This document shows, piece after piece, positions 1-9,480 of a stretch of 64,000 nucleotides of DNA (the stretch's first letter is position 1; every line of letters begins with the position of its first letter). The DNA comes from Oscillospiraceae bacterium (GTDB taxonomy: Bacteria; Bacillota; Clostridia; Oscillospirales; CAG-272), in contig CP091718.1 in NCBI GenBank assembly GCA_022009675.1, forward strand, positions 1,609,225 through 1,673,224. The letters are read 5' to 3'. The notes below the pieces were generated by a model, which was not told where the DNA came from, did not search any database, and saw only the letters and a program-made list of their open reading frames with translations. A program made the translations under genes and the position numbers.

Positions 1-18
1 ATTGAGCCGACGCTTGAA

Positions 19-321
19 ATGATACCGGAGATTTATTTTTCAAAACTCGAACTGATGGCATCTCTCCTTGACGGCGAGGACAGTTACGAAGCGGCACAGA
101 AACAGAAAAACATATCCGCCGAAGATCTGATTGACATGTTGATGATTGCAGGCAAGTATCTGAAAAGCCGCGGAGAAAATGAAAAAGCGAGTTCACAATT
201 TCGAATTGCAAAAAAGATCATGGACGCTTTTTCTGAGGATTTTGTTGAAAGAAAATGGTTCAATTCGACTGTATATGAACGCACAAGTGACAGACGCGCC
301 GAAATTGAAAAAGCTTTTTGA
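19..321 (+). CDS. hypothetical protein
   Basis: Uninterrupted 100-aa ORF with ATG at 19; no motif I recognise. Confidence 0.3.
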   Translation: MIPEIYFSKLELMASLLDGEDSYEAAQKQKNISAEDLIDMLMIAGKYLKSRGENEKASSQFRIAKKIMDAFSEDFVERKWFNSTVYERTSDRRAEIEKAF

Positions 322-570
322 ATGAATGATTTTATCGGGGCTATAAAAAGCCCCTCAAAGGAACGGGGACGAAAGTCGAAAAGGCGGACGTCTCTGTTCG
401 TTTTGTATTTCCAGACCGTTGGCAAAAGGAAAAATGAGTATCGGAAGATTCCTCTCCGATACTCACTCCTGACGCCCGGTTTCACCGACGGGAGGATGGC
501 TCACTTTCGATTAAAAATGTTGCGCCTGTAACGGGAATGGCGACATATCCCCGCGCTACTTTTGGCTTTT

Positions 571-785
571 TCAATCACCGCAAGCATGGTTTTTGCACCG
601 CGGGCACAGCATCGTTTTACCTTGGTAGTCCGGCTTGGCAACGCTGATCGTCACCGTGTTTTTTTCTCTTTCGGATCCGTGCTGTACAGAAGCGTTCTTC
701 CGCAACCGTCCACCGGACAACGCGCAATGGGAATGCGCTTTATTTCTTCGCCTTGTGCTCTCTGTGTCGTTTTAGAGATTTCCAT
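571..785 (-). pseudogene. small zinc-ribbon protein (two CxxC-type knuckles), one frameshift
   Basis: The minus strand reads MEISKTTQRAQGEEIKRIPIARCPVDGCGRTLLYSTDPKEK. After a shift in the T7 run 659-665 it continues NTVTISVAKPDYQGKTMLCPRCKNHACGD-stop. Each piece is below the 60-aa ORF-track cutoff. Confidence 0.3.
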
Positions 786-795
786 ACCGCTTTCC

Positions 796-1338
796 TCACA
801 TGCTCCCATAGTATTTGTCAATCCCGCCGAAACCGGGAATCATCTTGCCCGCCCGCGTTCTTATGATGAAGTTGTTCAGGCGTTTCTTAAACTCAGCAGG
901 TCGTTTCCGTGCTGCATCGATATAGGCAATGCGAATGCGTTTGTAGCCCTCCGGGAACGACTGATAATTTTCCCACGCGGCTAAGTCGGCTTGTATCGCA
1001 TTCGAAATATCTTCCGGAAAGACATACGGCGCACGGATGAGGTCGATCACGCTTTTCCGAATCTTCGGATGAATCAACCCCTGCCCGTCAAGCCAGATGA
1101 GGCGTTCGATATTCGGGCGCGAGTATGGACTGCCCGGCTTTCTCGGCGTAAAATGCTGTGCGCGGTGCAGCGCGTCAATATGTCGGATCGTGCTGTCGAT
1201 CCAACCGAAGCAAAGCGCCTCCTCGACCGCATCGTTATAGGAAAGGCTCGCCTCGCCCGACTCTTTCATCGGAAACACAAACCATATTTCTTTTTCGGTT
1301 TCAAAAATGCTCCTCAAGCCACGCCCGCCATTCGGCAC
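796..1338 (-). CDS. YdeI/OmpD-associated family protein
   Basis: 180-aa ORF. The CFGWIDS core and the basic C-terminal helix (IAYIDAARKRPAEFKKRLNNFI) match my recollection of the YdeI/OmdA family. Confidence 0.6.
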   Translation of the reverse strand: MPNGGRGLRSIFETEKEIWFVFPMKESGEASLSYNDAVEEALCFGWIDSTIRHIDALHRAQHFTPRKPGSPYSRPNIERLIWLDGQGLIHPKIRKSVIDLIRAPYVFPEDISNAIQADLAAWENYQSFPEGYKRIRIAYIDAARKRPAEFKKRLNNFIIRTRAGKMIPGFGGIDKYYGSM

Positions 1339-1381
1339 GGTCGGCGGTGTAAAAAAATGCTATCAATCATAGGATTTCCTT

Positions 1382-2251
1382 TCAGCCAAACAAACTGAGC
1401 TGCCCGTTTTTCACGGGATACTCACGCAGATAAGCAAAAATTTCATCCGGCGAGGTCATCACCCCGGCTTTACGACAGCGGTCGGTGAACAGTTTCCAAA
1501 GCGACGCAGAATTCTCCGATGCACACTCGTATGAATCCCCGAAACGGCGGATATATCGCTCCTTCATTCCCGGAAAATGCTCGTCCAATTTGCGGTAAAA
1601 AAATATTCCCGATTGCCCGCACGCAGAGTCACGCCAAACCCAAAATTGATGATGCCTTTCACACCCGCGTCAAAAACAGTAGTCAAGAATCCCATTTAAA
1701 TTTTCCACGGTGTCATTGATATATGGCAGAATCGGACAGAGCCACACAACCGTCGGAATCCCGCGCTTTCGAAATTCTTTCAACACCTCATAGCGCCTGT
1801 GCGTGGTGCAGACATTCGGCTCTATGATGCGGCAAAGATTCTCGTCCGCCGTGGTCAATGTCATCTGTATGACCGCCTTGGAATGGCGGTTGATCTGTTC
1901 GTAAAGGTCGATGTCACGCAGGATGCGGTCGGATTTCGTGATGACCGTCACACCGCAGCTGTATTTGTCGATGACCTCCAGCGCACGGCGGGTCAACTCA
2001 AGTTTTTCCTCGCAATGCATATACGGATCGCACATCGAGCCCGTGCCGATCATGCAGGGCTTGCGCTTGCGGCGAAGCGCGTCCTCCAGCAGTTCAATCG
2101 CATTGCTTTTGACCGCGATATCTTTAAATTCGTGATCCATCCCGTAGCAATCCGAGCGGCTGTCGCAGTAAATGCAACCGTGCGTGCACCCGCGGTAGAG
2201 ATTCATGCCGTTTTTCGCGGACAGGATGGTTTTCGCTTCTATGTTGTGCAT
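1382..2251 (-). pseudogene. radical SAM protein (SPL/DNA-repair-photolyase-like), two frameshifts
   Basis: The 193-aa N-terminal ORF has the CTHGCIYC (CxxxCxxC) cluster. The reading continues as DAGVKGIINFGFGV... and then LDEHFPGMKERYIRRFG... after shifts at A5 1672-1676 and A7 1597-1603. Its start overlaps the lexA stop. Confidence 0.75.
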
Positions 2252-2862
2252 CAGACAATATCTTTGATAACCTTCAGCGCCACGCCCTGAATCGTCAGCT
2301 CTTTCGGGTGGATGACGCGTTGCTTTTCGGTGTAGTTGCTGTTTTCGGCATACAGCACAGGCTTGCCGTTCTCGTAGTGCAGGCGTTTGAGCGTGTTTCC
2401 TTCTTCGGTAAGTGCAACAATCACCTGCCCGTCATTTGCGACATTTGTTTTCTTGACCAGCACAAGGTCGCCCGCATGAACGCCGATGTCCGCCATGGAA
2501 TCGCCGTATGCTTCCAGCAGAAAACATTCACCGTCGAGCCATTCTTCCGGAACGGCAAGGTATCTTGAAATATGCTCCTCCTGCTCGTCGGGCGTGCCAC
2601 ACACGATCATTCCGACCACGGGAATGCGGCGGGACATCACGTGCATTTTCTTCTGCAAGGGTGTTTCCAGCGTATTTTTCCCCGAATAGGAAATGATGCC
2701 GCGCTTTTCAAGCTCTAAGATATGCCGATACGCTGTCGACTTGACCATGCCCATATATTCCATGATATCTGCAAGGCTCGGGGACTCCCCATTGTTGTCC
2801 CGCGCATACTGCTTGATAAACTCCGCGAGCTTTTGCAGTTTTTCTTCACTCATGACTCTCAT
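2251..2862 (-). CDS. lexA: LexA repressor (S24 peptidase)
   Basis: 203 aa. It has an N-terminal wHTH and a C-terminal S24 domain with the GDSM (Ser) and LKRL (Lys) dyad. It is translationally coupled to the radical SAM gene. Confidence 0.85.
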   Translation of the reverse strand: MRVMSEEKLQKLAEFIKQYARDNNGESPSLADIMEYMGMVKSTAYRHILELEKRGIISYSGKNTLETPLQKKMHVMSRRIPVVGMIVCGTPDEQEEHISRYLAVPEEWLDGECFLLEAYGDSMADIGVHAGDLVLVKKTNVANDGQVIVALTEEGNTLKRLHYENGKPVLYAENSNYTEKQRVIHPKELTIQGVALKVIKDIV

Positions 2863-2882
2863 AAGTACACCTCAAACAATTT

Positions 2883-2899
2883 CAGAACTCATTGTTCTG
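2883..2899. promoter_or_regulatory. candidate LexA operator (CAGAAC-N5-GTTCTG)
   Basis: A perfect 6-bp inverted repeat with GAAC/GTTC cores lies about 20 nt upstream of lexA. The spacer is 5 nt, not the canonical 4. Confidence 0.4.
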
Positions 2900-2938
2900 T
2901 TATTATATCATAGCAAAGACGCTTTGTCAATAGGTTTT

Positions 2939-2954
2939 CAGAACTTTTTGTTTC
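2939..2954. promoter_or_regulatory. second candidate LexA-type site (CAGAAC-N5-GTTTC)
   Basis: Same half-site and same N5 spacing as 2883-2899, located in the lexA / HTH-TPR divergent intergenic region. Confidence 0.3.
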
Positions 2955-2963
2955 GCTATGGTT

Positions 2964-2998
2964 TTTTCTTTGTTTTCTGCGGCGCAGATTCTGATGGC
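2964..2998 (+). repeat. partial copy of intergenic repeat R
   Basis: TTTCTTTGTTTTCTGCGGCGCAGATTCTGATGG matches the 5' part of the repeats at 4263-4389 and 62477-62602. Confidence 0.5.
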
Positions 2999-3119
2999 TT
3001 GCATACGATGTCAATCAAGTTATACTTGTTCGCTAAACAACAAATTGATAATTGACGACGAACGGCTTTCATGATAAAATATAATCACACCGGTGATAAC
3101 GATAACAGGAGATTAATAT

Positions 3120-4257
3120 ATGTATATTAAAATCGGCGAAAAAAATACGACAGCTCCGTCAACGCGATGGAAGAAAGCAGGAGGACTTGGCGGGAGTGCT
3201 TGGCGTAAGCCCGCAGGCGGTTTCCCGCTGGGAAGCAAACGGCGGATATCCCGACATGGAGCTGATACCCGCGATTGCAAACTATTTCAATGTCAGTATC
3301 GACGAGCTTTTTCGGGTACAGTAAAGACAGACAGGAAAAGCTGAAAAAAACATATTGAATGAGGCAGAAATTGCGTTAAACAGTCAGGAAGACATGACAG
3401 AATGCATCCGAATGCTTCGCTCGGCGGCAGATGAGTTTCCGTCAGAGCCGCAGGTGCTTATCAAGCTCGGATATGCGCTCAATCTCCACGGTTGGAAGAA
3501 ATACGGTGCGCGAAGCTATACCACAACCGACTCCGATTATGCATATGAAGACACCGAATATAACTCAAATAATGTATACTGGCAGGAAGAACTCCGCGTA
3601 TTTGAAAAAGCTTTGGGTATGGACATCTCGCCCGAAGACCGTGATGCAGTCACTATGATGATGATAACCGGATATGCAAAGATGGGCTATCATGATAAAG
3701 CAAAAGCCTTGGCTTCGGGACAAAACTCCATTGTCATGTGCCGTGAAATCGCCATGCCAAAGGCCACCGAAGCAGAAGAGCGGGACAAATATCAAGGAGA
3801 AGCGATTATTTCCCTGTTGAACGAATTGAAAAATGTTCTCGCGAATTCCGTGTGTACAAAAATATCTCTCTTTACAACAGCTGAAGGAATCAAGCTTTTG
3901 ATGGATCTTGCCCGGTTGTATGAATCGGTTTTCAGTGATGGGCGGTGCGGTGTTGCACACAGCCATATAGGAAGGCTCTATTTGTACGCGGCAGTATTTG
4001 ATGCTCGTCAAAATCACACCGAGACAGCACTTGAATATTTCAAAAAAGGCTTTGAGCATATAAAACTTTATCAGTCCATACGTTGTACCGGTGAATATCA
4101 ATATTCTTCTCCGCTCGTAGCTAAAGTTACAGTCCCAAGCGAAAAATTTCCGTCGCTTTCTCAGACATTTTGGAAAGGCTGGATTGAGATTTTGCCAGAT
4201 GAATTCAAGAAACGCATAAAAGAAAATCCGCAATACGTGGAATGCTTCACTTGCTGA
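3120..4257 (+). pseudogene. XRE-family HTH regulator with TPR-like C-terminal domain, disrupted
   Basis: MYIKIGEK is followed, after one extra A in the A7 run 3139-3145, by IRQLRQRDGRKQEDLAGVLGVSPQAVSRWEANGGYPDMELIPAIANYFNVSIDELF (a classic XRE HTH). That frame is the same as the 300-aa ORF 3355-4257. Only one in-frame TAA (3322-3324) separates them. Confidence 0.7.
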
Positions 4258-4262
4258 CGTCT

Positions 4263-4389
4263 GCCCCGCTCCTGCGGGGCTTTCTTTGTTTCCCGCGGCG
4301 CAGTTTCTGATGCCCCACATTGCCGTCAAAACGGTCGCACGCGCGATTTATATGTTTGCTTGTAATTACCCTTCTTTTGCATTCAAATG
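4263..4389 (+). repeat. intergenic repeat R, copy 1 (starts with a terminator hairpin)
   Basis: GCCCCGC-TCCT-GCGGGGC followed by CTTTCTTTGTTTCCCGCGGCGCAG...TTGCATTCAAATG. It aligns almost end to end with 62477-62602. Confidence 0.7.
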
Positions 4390-4429
4390 CGAAAGCGAGG
4401 CTGACAGTCCCGTTCGCGCCTTTCCTTAT

Positions 4430-4771
4430 TCAGCTATGCCGCATGGCTTTCTTGACTTCTTCGAGAATGCGAAGAATGCTCAACATTTCGTCATTCGTGC
4501 AATCGGCAAGCAACTCTCCGATTTTCTCGTTTGCCACGGCGTATGTACCGGGTGTGTTTGCCCGCAGAATCCAGTCGGTTGCCACATCGAGCGCCTCTGC
4601 AATGCGGATGAGTGTAGACAATCCCGGCGTTTTCTTGCCGAGCTCAATGTTTGACAGATGCACCACCGAAATATCCGCTTTTTCCGCCAGCTCTCCTTGT
4701 GTAAGCCCGACTTCGCGGCGCAAGTCGGCAATGCGCCTGCCGATGGCGGAAGGACTGCAGTTTCTATTCAT
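4430..4771 (-). CDS. XRE-family HTH transcriptional regulator
   Basis: 113 aa with IGRRIADLRREVGLTQGELAEKADISVVHLSNIELGKKTPGLSTLIRIAEAL, a typical Cro/C1 HTH. Confidence 0.8.
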   Translation of the reverse strand: MNRNCSPSAIGRRIADLRREVGLTQGELAEKADISVVHLSNIELGKKTPGLSTLIRIAEALDVATDWILRANTPGTYAVANEKIGELLADCTNDEMLSILRILEEVKKAMRHS

Positions 4772-4998
4772 TGCTTTTCACCCCTTCGCCGGTAACACAA
4801 ACGGAGACTGCACCTCCGGGTTTGTCCCCGGGAATACAGTCTCCGTTCTTTTTCATTTGCCTTGCCGCAACATATTTTTTTGCCGTAATCCGTGCCATTG
4901 TGCGCACCTCCTTTGTAAGCACACACAATACCACAACGGCGGCGGGAAGTCCAGCGAAAGCGGGAAAGTTAGCAATTAAGTATCAATCGTATTGCAGA

Positions 4999-5127
4999 CT
5001 ATATCAAAACCCCGTTACAATGATCCACCTCGTGCTGAATGATCTGCGCCGTCCAGCCGGTATAGGTTTTCACTCTTGTCTGCATATTCACGGTCTGATA
5101 CTGCACCTTGATAGTTTTTATATCACG
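4999..5127 (-). pseudogene. def: peptide deformylase, 3' fragment
   Basis: RDIKTIKVQYQTVNMQTRVKTYTGWTAQIIQHEVDHCNGVLI carries deformylase motif 3 (QHExDH). It is fused in frame to unrelated upstream sequence in ORF 4999-5271. Confidence 0.7.
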
Positions 5128-5271
5128 CCCGTCTGAAGGACATAATCCGCCATCCCGATGAGGCAAATAAGTCACAAATCCATGGTTTTGCAGCAAATCA
5201 TCAATTTTTTCCCAAAAAAACCACCTATCCCCCTTGAGTGAATAATGGACCTGCAATGTATACTTTATCAT
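5128..5271 (-). pseudogene. 5' fragment of a nucleoside 2-deoxyribosyltransferase-like gene
   Basis: ...DRWFFWEKIDDLLQNHGFVTYLPHRDGG resembles the NDT-like N-terminus. YIAGPLF appears in a neighbouring frame. The fragment is cut off by the def 3' fragment. Confidence 0.35.
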
Positions 5272-5505
5272 TCATATTAATTCTCCTTTTTTTATTCTTT
5301 ACATACTTTACTGCTGAGTGCATAAGCATACGTATTTATTGTTTATTATTAAATAATTTAAACGGCAATAAATGCATATTGGGTTCGTGCGTCCTAATGA
5401 TTTAATATATTATTCAACCCTAAATTATCAAGATATTTTTATAATATATGCAATATCCCCATCGCCGGCAAAAGCAGTTTAAATCGCTAAAATCCTTCGA
5501 AATTT

Positions 5506-5832
5506 CTACCCAAAATAAAGGGATTTTTCTTCCTCTATCAGCTTTACTTGCCTATTTAACTTACCGACATATAGTTCAACGCTACAATTGGTTATATGAA
5601 AGACAAAATCCATCACATGAATTAATTTAATATCATCACTCGTAATAGATGTTTCCTCATATAATTCGCGATAAGCCGCTTGTAAATGAATCTCACCATT
5701 TTCAATTTTTCCACCAATGAAATTAAATTTACCCTTATAAGGTTCTTTGCTACGCATACACATAAGTACATGACGGGCTTCGTGGTCAAAAACGACAATA
5801 ACATTATATTGCTTCAAGTGCATTTCCTCCAT
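5506..5832 (-). CDS. NUDIX hydrolase
   Basis: 108 aa with a Nudix box GGKIENGEIHLQAAYRELYEETS. There is an RBS-like AGAGGAAA before the ATG. It sits in an AT-rich block. Confidence 0.75.
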   Translation of the reverse strand: MEEMHLKQYNVIVVFDHEARHVLMCMRSKEPYKGKFNFIGGKIENGEIHLQAAYRELYEETSITSDDIKLIHVMDFVFHITNCSVELYVGKLNRQVKLIEEEKSLYFG

Positions 5833-5883
5833 TTTCCTCTGTTTTTATTTGTAAATTTTATCCGTTTCTTAATTAGCAGTATG

Positions 5884-6189
5884 TTACCGTTTGCGCTTGC
5901 GGGGACCTCCGAGAAGCGACAGACAGCCTTCTTCGGTGTCATACGCATCATCCTTTTTGATGATTTCGGGATTGAGCATCACGGTGTATACCGGAGTTCG
6001 TCCGCTCTCATCAAGAAACGCGATGATGCGTTTTTTCACGCCAATCATATTCGCCGCCATACCGACACAGGTTTCTTTGTGTGCCATCAATGTGTCGAGC
6101 AGGTCCTGTGCGACAGGTAAATCTTCTTTCGTCGCAATCTCCGACTTCCCGGCGAGGAAAATCGGATCGTGCATCAGTTCTTTAATCAT
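5884..6189 (-). pseudogene. def: peptide deformylase, 5' fragment
   Basis: It carries CVGMAANMIG (motif 1) and EEGCLSL (motif 2), then stops at ...GGPRKRKR-stop where motif 3 should follow. The start overlaps the stop of the mutT-like gene (ATGA). Confidence 0.8.
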
Positions 6190-6573
6190 TTGCAGACCTC
6201 AATGATTTCCTTCAATATCTCCTCATCCGCCGGGCAGAAGGTATAGTTCGGAATTTCGCTCGGCGTGATCCACCGGATATCGTTATGCTCCAGCTTTTTG
6301 CGGAATGCCATCGGCGATGATGGCATTGAACAGTGTCAGATGTACGGTGATGTCAGGATATTTGTGGACAACATCCATAAACACATCGCCGACAGAGAGA
6401 GTGACGGCAAGCTCCTCTTTGCATTCCCGAATGAGCGCCTGTTCCTTTGTTTCGCCGGGCTCCACCTTACCGCCAACAAACTCCCAAAGAAGTCCTCTTG
6501 CCTTGTGCGCCGGGCGCTGACAGATCATAAACTTTTCGCCCTCCCAGATGAGAGCCGCTACTACTTCGGTCAT
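6186..6573 (-). pseudogene. NUDIX (MutT-like) pyrophosphohydrolase, one frameshift
   Basis: The Nudix box is GGKVEPGETKEQALIRECKEEL. After the A5 run near 6296 the reading continues as LEHNDIRWITPSEIPNYTFCPADEEILKEIIEVCK-stop. Confidence 0.75.
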
Positions 6574-6588
6574 AAAAATCGCCTCTTT

Positions 6589-7053
6589 TCATTGCTTGTC
6601 CTGTTTCAGAATGGCATCAAGAAGTGCTGTGCAGCCCTCATAAATATCCCGATATGCCACATCGAAGCGCTCGGAATACCACGGATCTGCCACATCGCCG
6701 CCGCGGGTGGTGTAATCCATCAGTTTATGCACCTTTCCCGCAGGATCGCCGCCGAAAATGCGGAGCATATTACGGATGTTTGCACTGTCCATGCCGATGA
6801 ACAGATCGTATTTGTCATAGTCGCTCTTTTGCAACTGCACCGCGCGCTTGCCGCCACAAGACAGCCCATGTCTTTCAAGCTCGGCTTTCGCCGGAGGATA
6901 GACCGGATTGCCGATTCCGTTCCAAATTTCTTCCGTGCTTGTAGCGGAAGAAGCGACTAAAAAGCGATCCGCCACGCCTTGCTTTTTTGCAAGGTCTTTG
7001 AAGATAAACTCTGCCATCGGACTGCGGCAAATGTTGCCGTGGCAGACGAACAT
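6589..7053 (-). CDS. low-molecular-weight protein-tyrosine phosphatase
   Basis: 154 aa with the N-terminal CHGNICRSP (CX5R-S) P-loop and a DP acid loop (DVADPWY). Confidence 0.9.
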   Translation of the reverse strand: MFVCHGNICRSPMAEFIFKDLAKKQGVADRFLVASSATSTEEIWNGIGNPVYPPAKAELERHGLSCGGKRAVQLQKSDYDKYDLFIGMDSANIRNMLRIFGGDPAGKVHKLMDYTTRGGDVADPWYSERFDVAYRDIYEGCTALLDAILKQDKQ

Positions 7054-7059
7054 GATTTT
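6797..7059. repeat. 263-bp direct repeat, left copy (5' part of the PTP gene)
   Basis: It aligns base for base with 62600-62862 with about ten mismatches. The two encoded 86-aa segments are identical. Confidence 0.85.
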
Positions 7060-7130
7060 ACAGTTTTTTTGCCCACTTTCATTTCGTTATGTTGCAAATC
7101 TTCCCTAGTTCATTATTTTTGAGCAATATA

Positions 7131-7665
7131 TCACGAATGATCTTTTTGATTATCAGCAGAATAAGCATGACAATCATAAAAGATATAGATAATGTTCCAC
7201 ACCAAAAAAACTTTTTTTACCATATCGACAGAAACTACTGTAATGCAAATTGACATAATCGTAGCGATCAGAGAAAGTACCGTCGCAGATATAATAGAGA
7301 CAAAGGTTTCTTCTATGATTTTTCCTTTTCGATACGGTTTGCACTCTCACTTTTTTTCCCATCAATATTGTTGCAAATCCAAACAGAATTGTGAATATCA
7401 GAGAAAAAAACTGTTGTCAATGTTTCGGCAACTGTATCTTGCAAATTAATCCGAAGAGCAAAAAAATTAAAAATTGCTGATAAGATAATTGGAAAAAAAG
7501 TAAAAAAAAGCACAATAAGTCCCAGAAAGAAATTTTTTTGCTTTTGTCATTTGTAAAAACCTTAAATTGCTGTCGGATCAATGATCCAAGTCTTACTTTG
7601 CGATTGCAAAAAAACATTATAAATACTATAAGTGCCGATATGATAGCCCATATTAAATCGGTCAT
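7131..7665 (-). pseudogene. multi-pass membrane protein, fragmented at homopolymers
   Basis: A GGAGGTGG RBS precedes MTDLIWAIISALIVFIMFF.... Hydrophobic segments continue in all three frames across T7/A7/T8 runs (ORFs 7417-7665, 7313-7513, 7174-7365). The end coordinate is approximate. Confidence 0.35.
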
Positions 7666-7683
7666 TCAATCGCCACCTCCATC

Positions 7684-8636
7684 TCAGATTTTTATCATTC
7701 GATAATATTTATCCGATTCTTCCGATAACACTTCAACAAAAGGTCGTTTTCGATTTTCCGAAGAATTTACAGATACAGTAATATCATAGCTGCCGATCGC
7801 GCTATCAATTTCATTCCACCGTACAGTCTTCCTTCTTCCGCCAATGCGAACTTGGATCTCGGCGTCATTATATTCTTCACTTCCGTTGCTTTCTGTTTTG
7901 ATTAAAGCAAAAGCCTCATCCTTTTCAATTTTTCCAAGCTGCAAACTTCGCACAATATCTCTTATTGAGCTATTCTCGCTCGCTTCCAAATTAAGCCCCA
8001 GTTCTCTGATAACTGTTTTTCTTCTTTCTTCTTTTTAGATTATCTGCAATATCGGAAGTTTTTTTGCCCTGAACCACCTGCAGCGTGATTTTTGGATGGG
8101 CAAAAAAATTTATTTGCATTTGCTGATTTGGAACATATAAATCCATATTCATTACATACCCTTTTTGTTTTTTTAGCATGTTATTAGCCGTTTCCATAAA
8201 AACGCTTTTGCAACCAGATCCGTTTTCGCGATGAAAAATTGCAATAATAAAACTATGACAATCGTATATGTAAACATGATGATCATAAAGTGCCGCGCTG
8301 TCGGAGTTGAAATTGTATTCTTTTTGAAAGTGATGGTTTATATACAGTGAGGGGTTTCCCTTGCTTACCCGCGCGAGGAACCAAATGCCATCTTTTAACA
8401 CCTTCGGACAAGTCTATAGAATGTGCATTATCCCCGGACAATATAATTCCTCTATCCGAGTTTTCGCCAACTGCCATTTTGCTTGTGCTATCAATATAGT
8501 CGGCAATAAACTGTTGAAAGGAATATTTCGGTGTCTCTCCCGCATGTATATTATCTTTTTGTTCTTCATAGTGTGGATTATTTCGCTCCATATACCGAAA
8601 GCTCAAAACATACGCTGTAAGTGTTTCAGATCTCAT
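7684..8636 (-). pseudogene. unknown ~315-aa protein, fragmented
   Basis: An AGGAAAGGA RBS precedes MRSETLTAYVLSFRYMERNN.... ORFs 8283-8636, 7991-8401 and 7684-7989 abut or overlap in different frames and read as one product. I recognise no motif. Confidence 0.4.
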
Positions 8637-8701
8637 TTTTATTCCTTTCCTAACTGTTAATCATTAACGGTCATTTAAATTATCATTGGTGGTAAATCAT
8701 T

Positions 8702-9430
8702 TTATTCGATATTCACAAACTTTCGTCCCTGTGTTGTAAATACCACATCTCTGTGATACTCGAGGTTGTGTTTTAAATCGTCCGATACTTTCAAATCAAA
8801 TGTATCTGTGACGCAAATGTGCAATTTGCTAATCACTTCCGCCGATAGCTGTGATGAAATCAATATCTTTCCGATATTCGTGAAAGAGATTAACCCACAG
8901 TCAAACAACTTATCAAATGTCGGACTCAGTAATAATCCGTTCTCAACACTCAAGCGTTCTGCATTTGAACATACCACCCACGGCTTAATGTGACTAGCAA
9001 TAAGGAGTTTCTTTTCATTGATACCGGTAACAACACAACGTCCGTGATATTTGTCAATAAGTGATTTTCTGAATATTCCTTGTCCGATTCGGGACTTCAC
9101 CAATGCACTGCGTTCCGTCTCCTTGAGCTCTGCATAATTTTCAATGGCACCCATAACTTCGCTTTGATTGGCAACATCGAAGTTTTCGACATTTCTGAAC
9201 AACCTATACTGTTTCAGAGCATTGCTGTACATATTGTTTCCGGTTCGGTTTTTTATCGTGAAATCCGGATCATTTAAAATCAAAGGTATAAAAATGTCAA
9301 GTTGCAAAGTAGACATTACAAGAAGGTTGCTCGCAATCACTCCCTTTTCCTGCAGTTCATTTGAGATCGTATTTACAGCCCGCGTGTATTTATAGATTGA
9401 ACTGTCGGACAATTCGGTATTCTCTTTCAT
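8702..9430 (-). CDS. HNH endonuclease (probable type II restriction enzyme)
   Basis: 242 aa. RIGQGIFRKSLIDKYHGRCVVTGI...LLIASHIKPW...ENGLLLSPTFDKLFDCGLISF is the HNH_2-type pattern. It lies directly downstream of a C5 MTase. Confidence 0.7.
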   Translation of the reverse strand: MKENTELSDSSIYKYTRAVNTISNELQEKGVIASNLLVMSTLQLDIFIPLILNDPDFTIKNRTGNNMYSNALKQYRLFRNVENFDVANQSEVMGAIENYAELKETERSALVKSRIGQGIFRKSLIDKYHGRCVVTGINEKKLLIASHIKPWVVCSNAERLSVENGLLLSPTFDKLFDCGLISFTNIGKILISSQLSAEVISKLHICVTDTFDLKVSDDLKHNLEYHRDVVFTTQGRKFVNIE

Positions 9431-9480
9431 CCACTCTGAAAAAAATCACTCAATGATACCACACTATCACCTCCAAACTA

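Noticed and set aside
322-560. A possible riboswitch (GGTGAAACCGGGC... on the minus strand) in the gap after the YdeI-like and zinc-ribbon genes.
   Set aside because: It lies downstream of convergent genes with nothing to regulate. I could not fit it to a cobalamin, T-box or other consensus.
4999-5271. A 90-aa ORF as a genuine gene.
   Set aside because: It is a chimera: an NDT-like N-terminus fused to the last 42 residues of peptide deformylase at a rearrangement joint.
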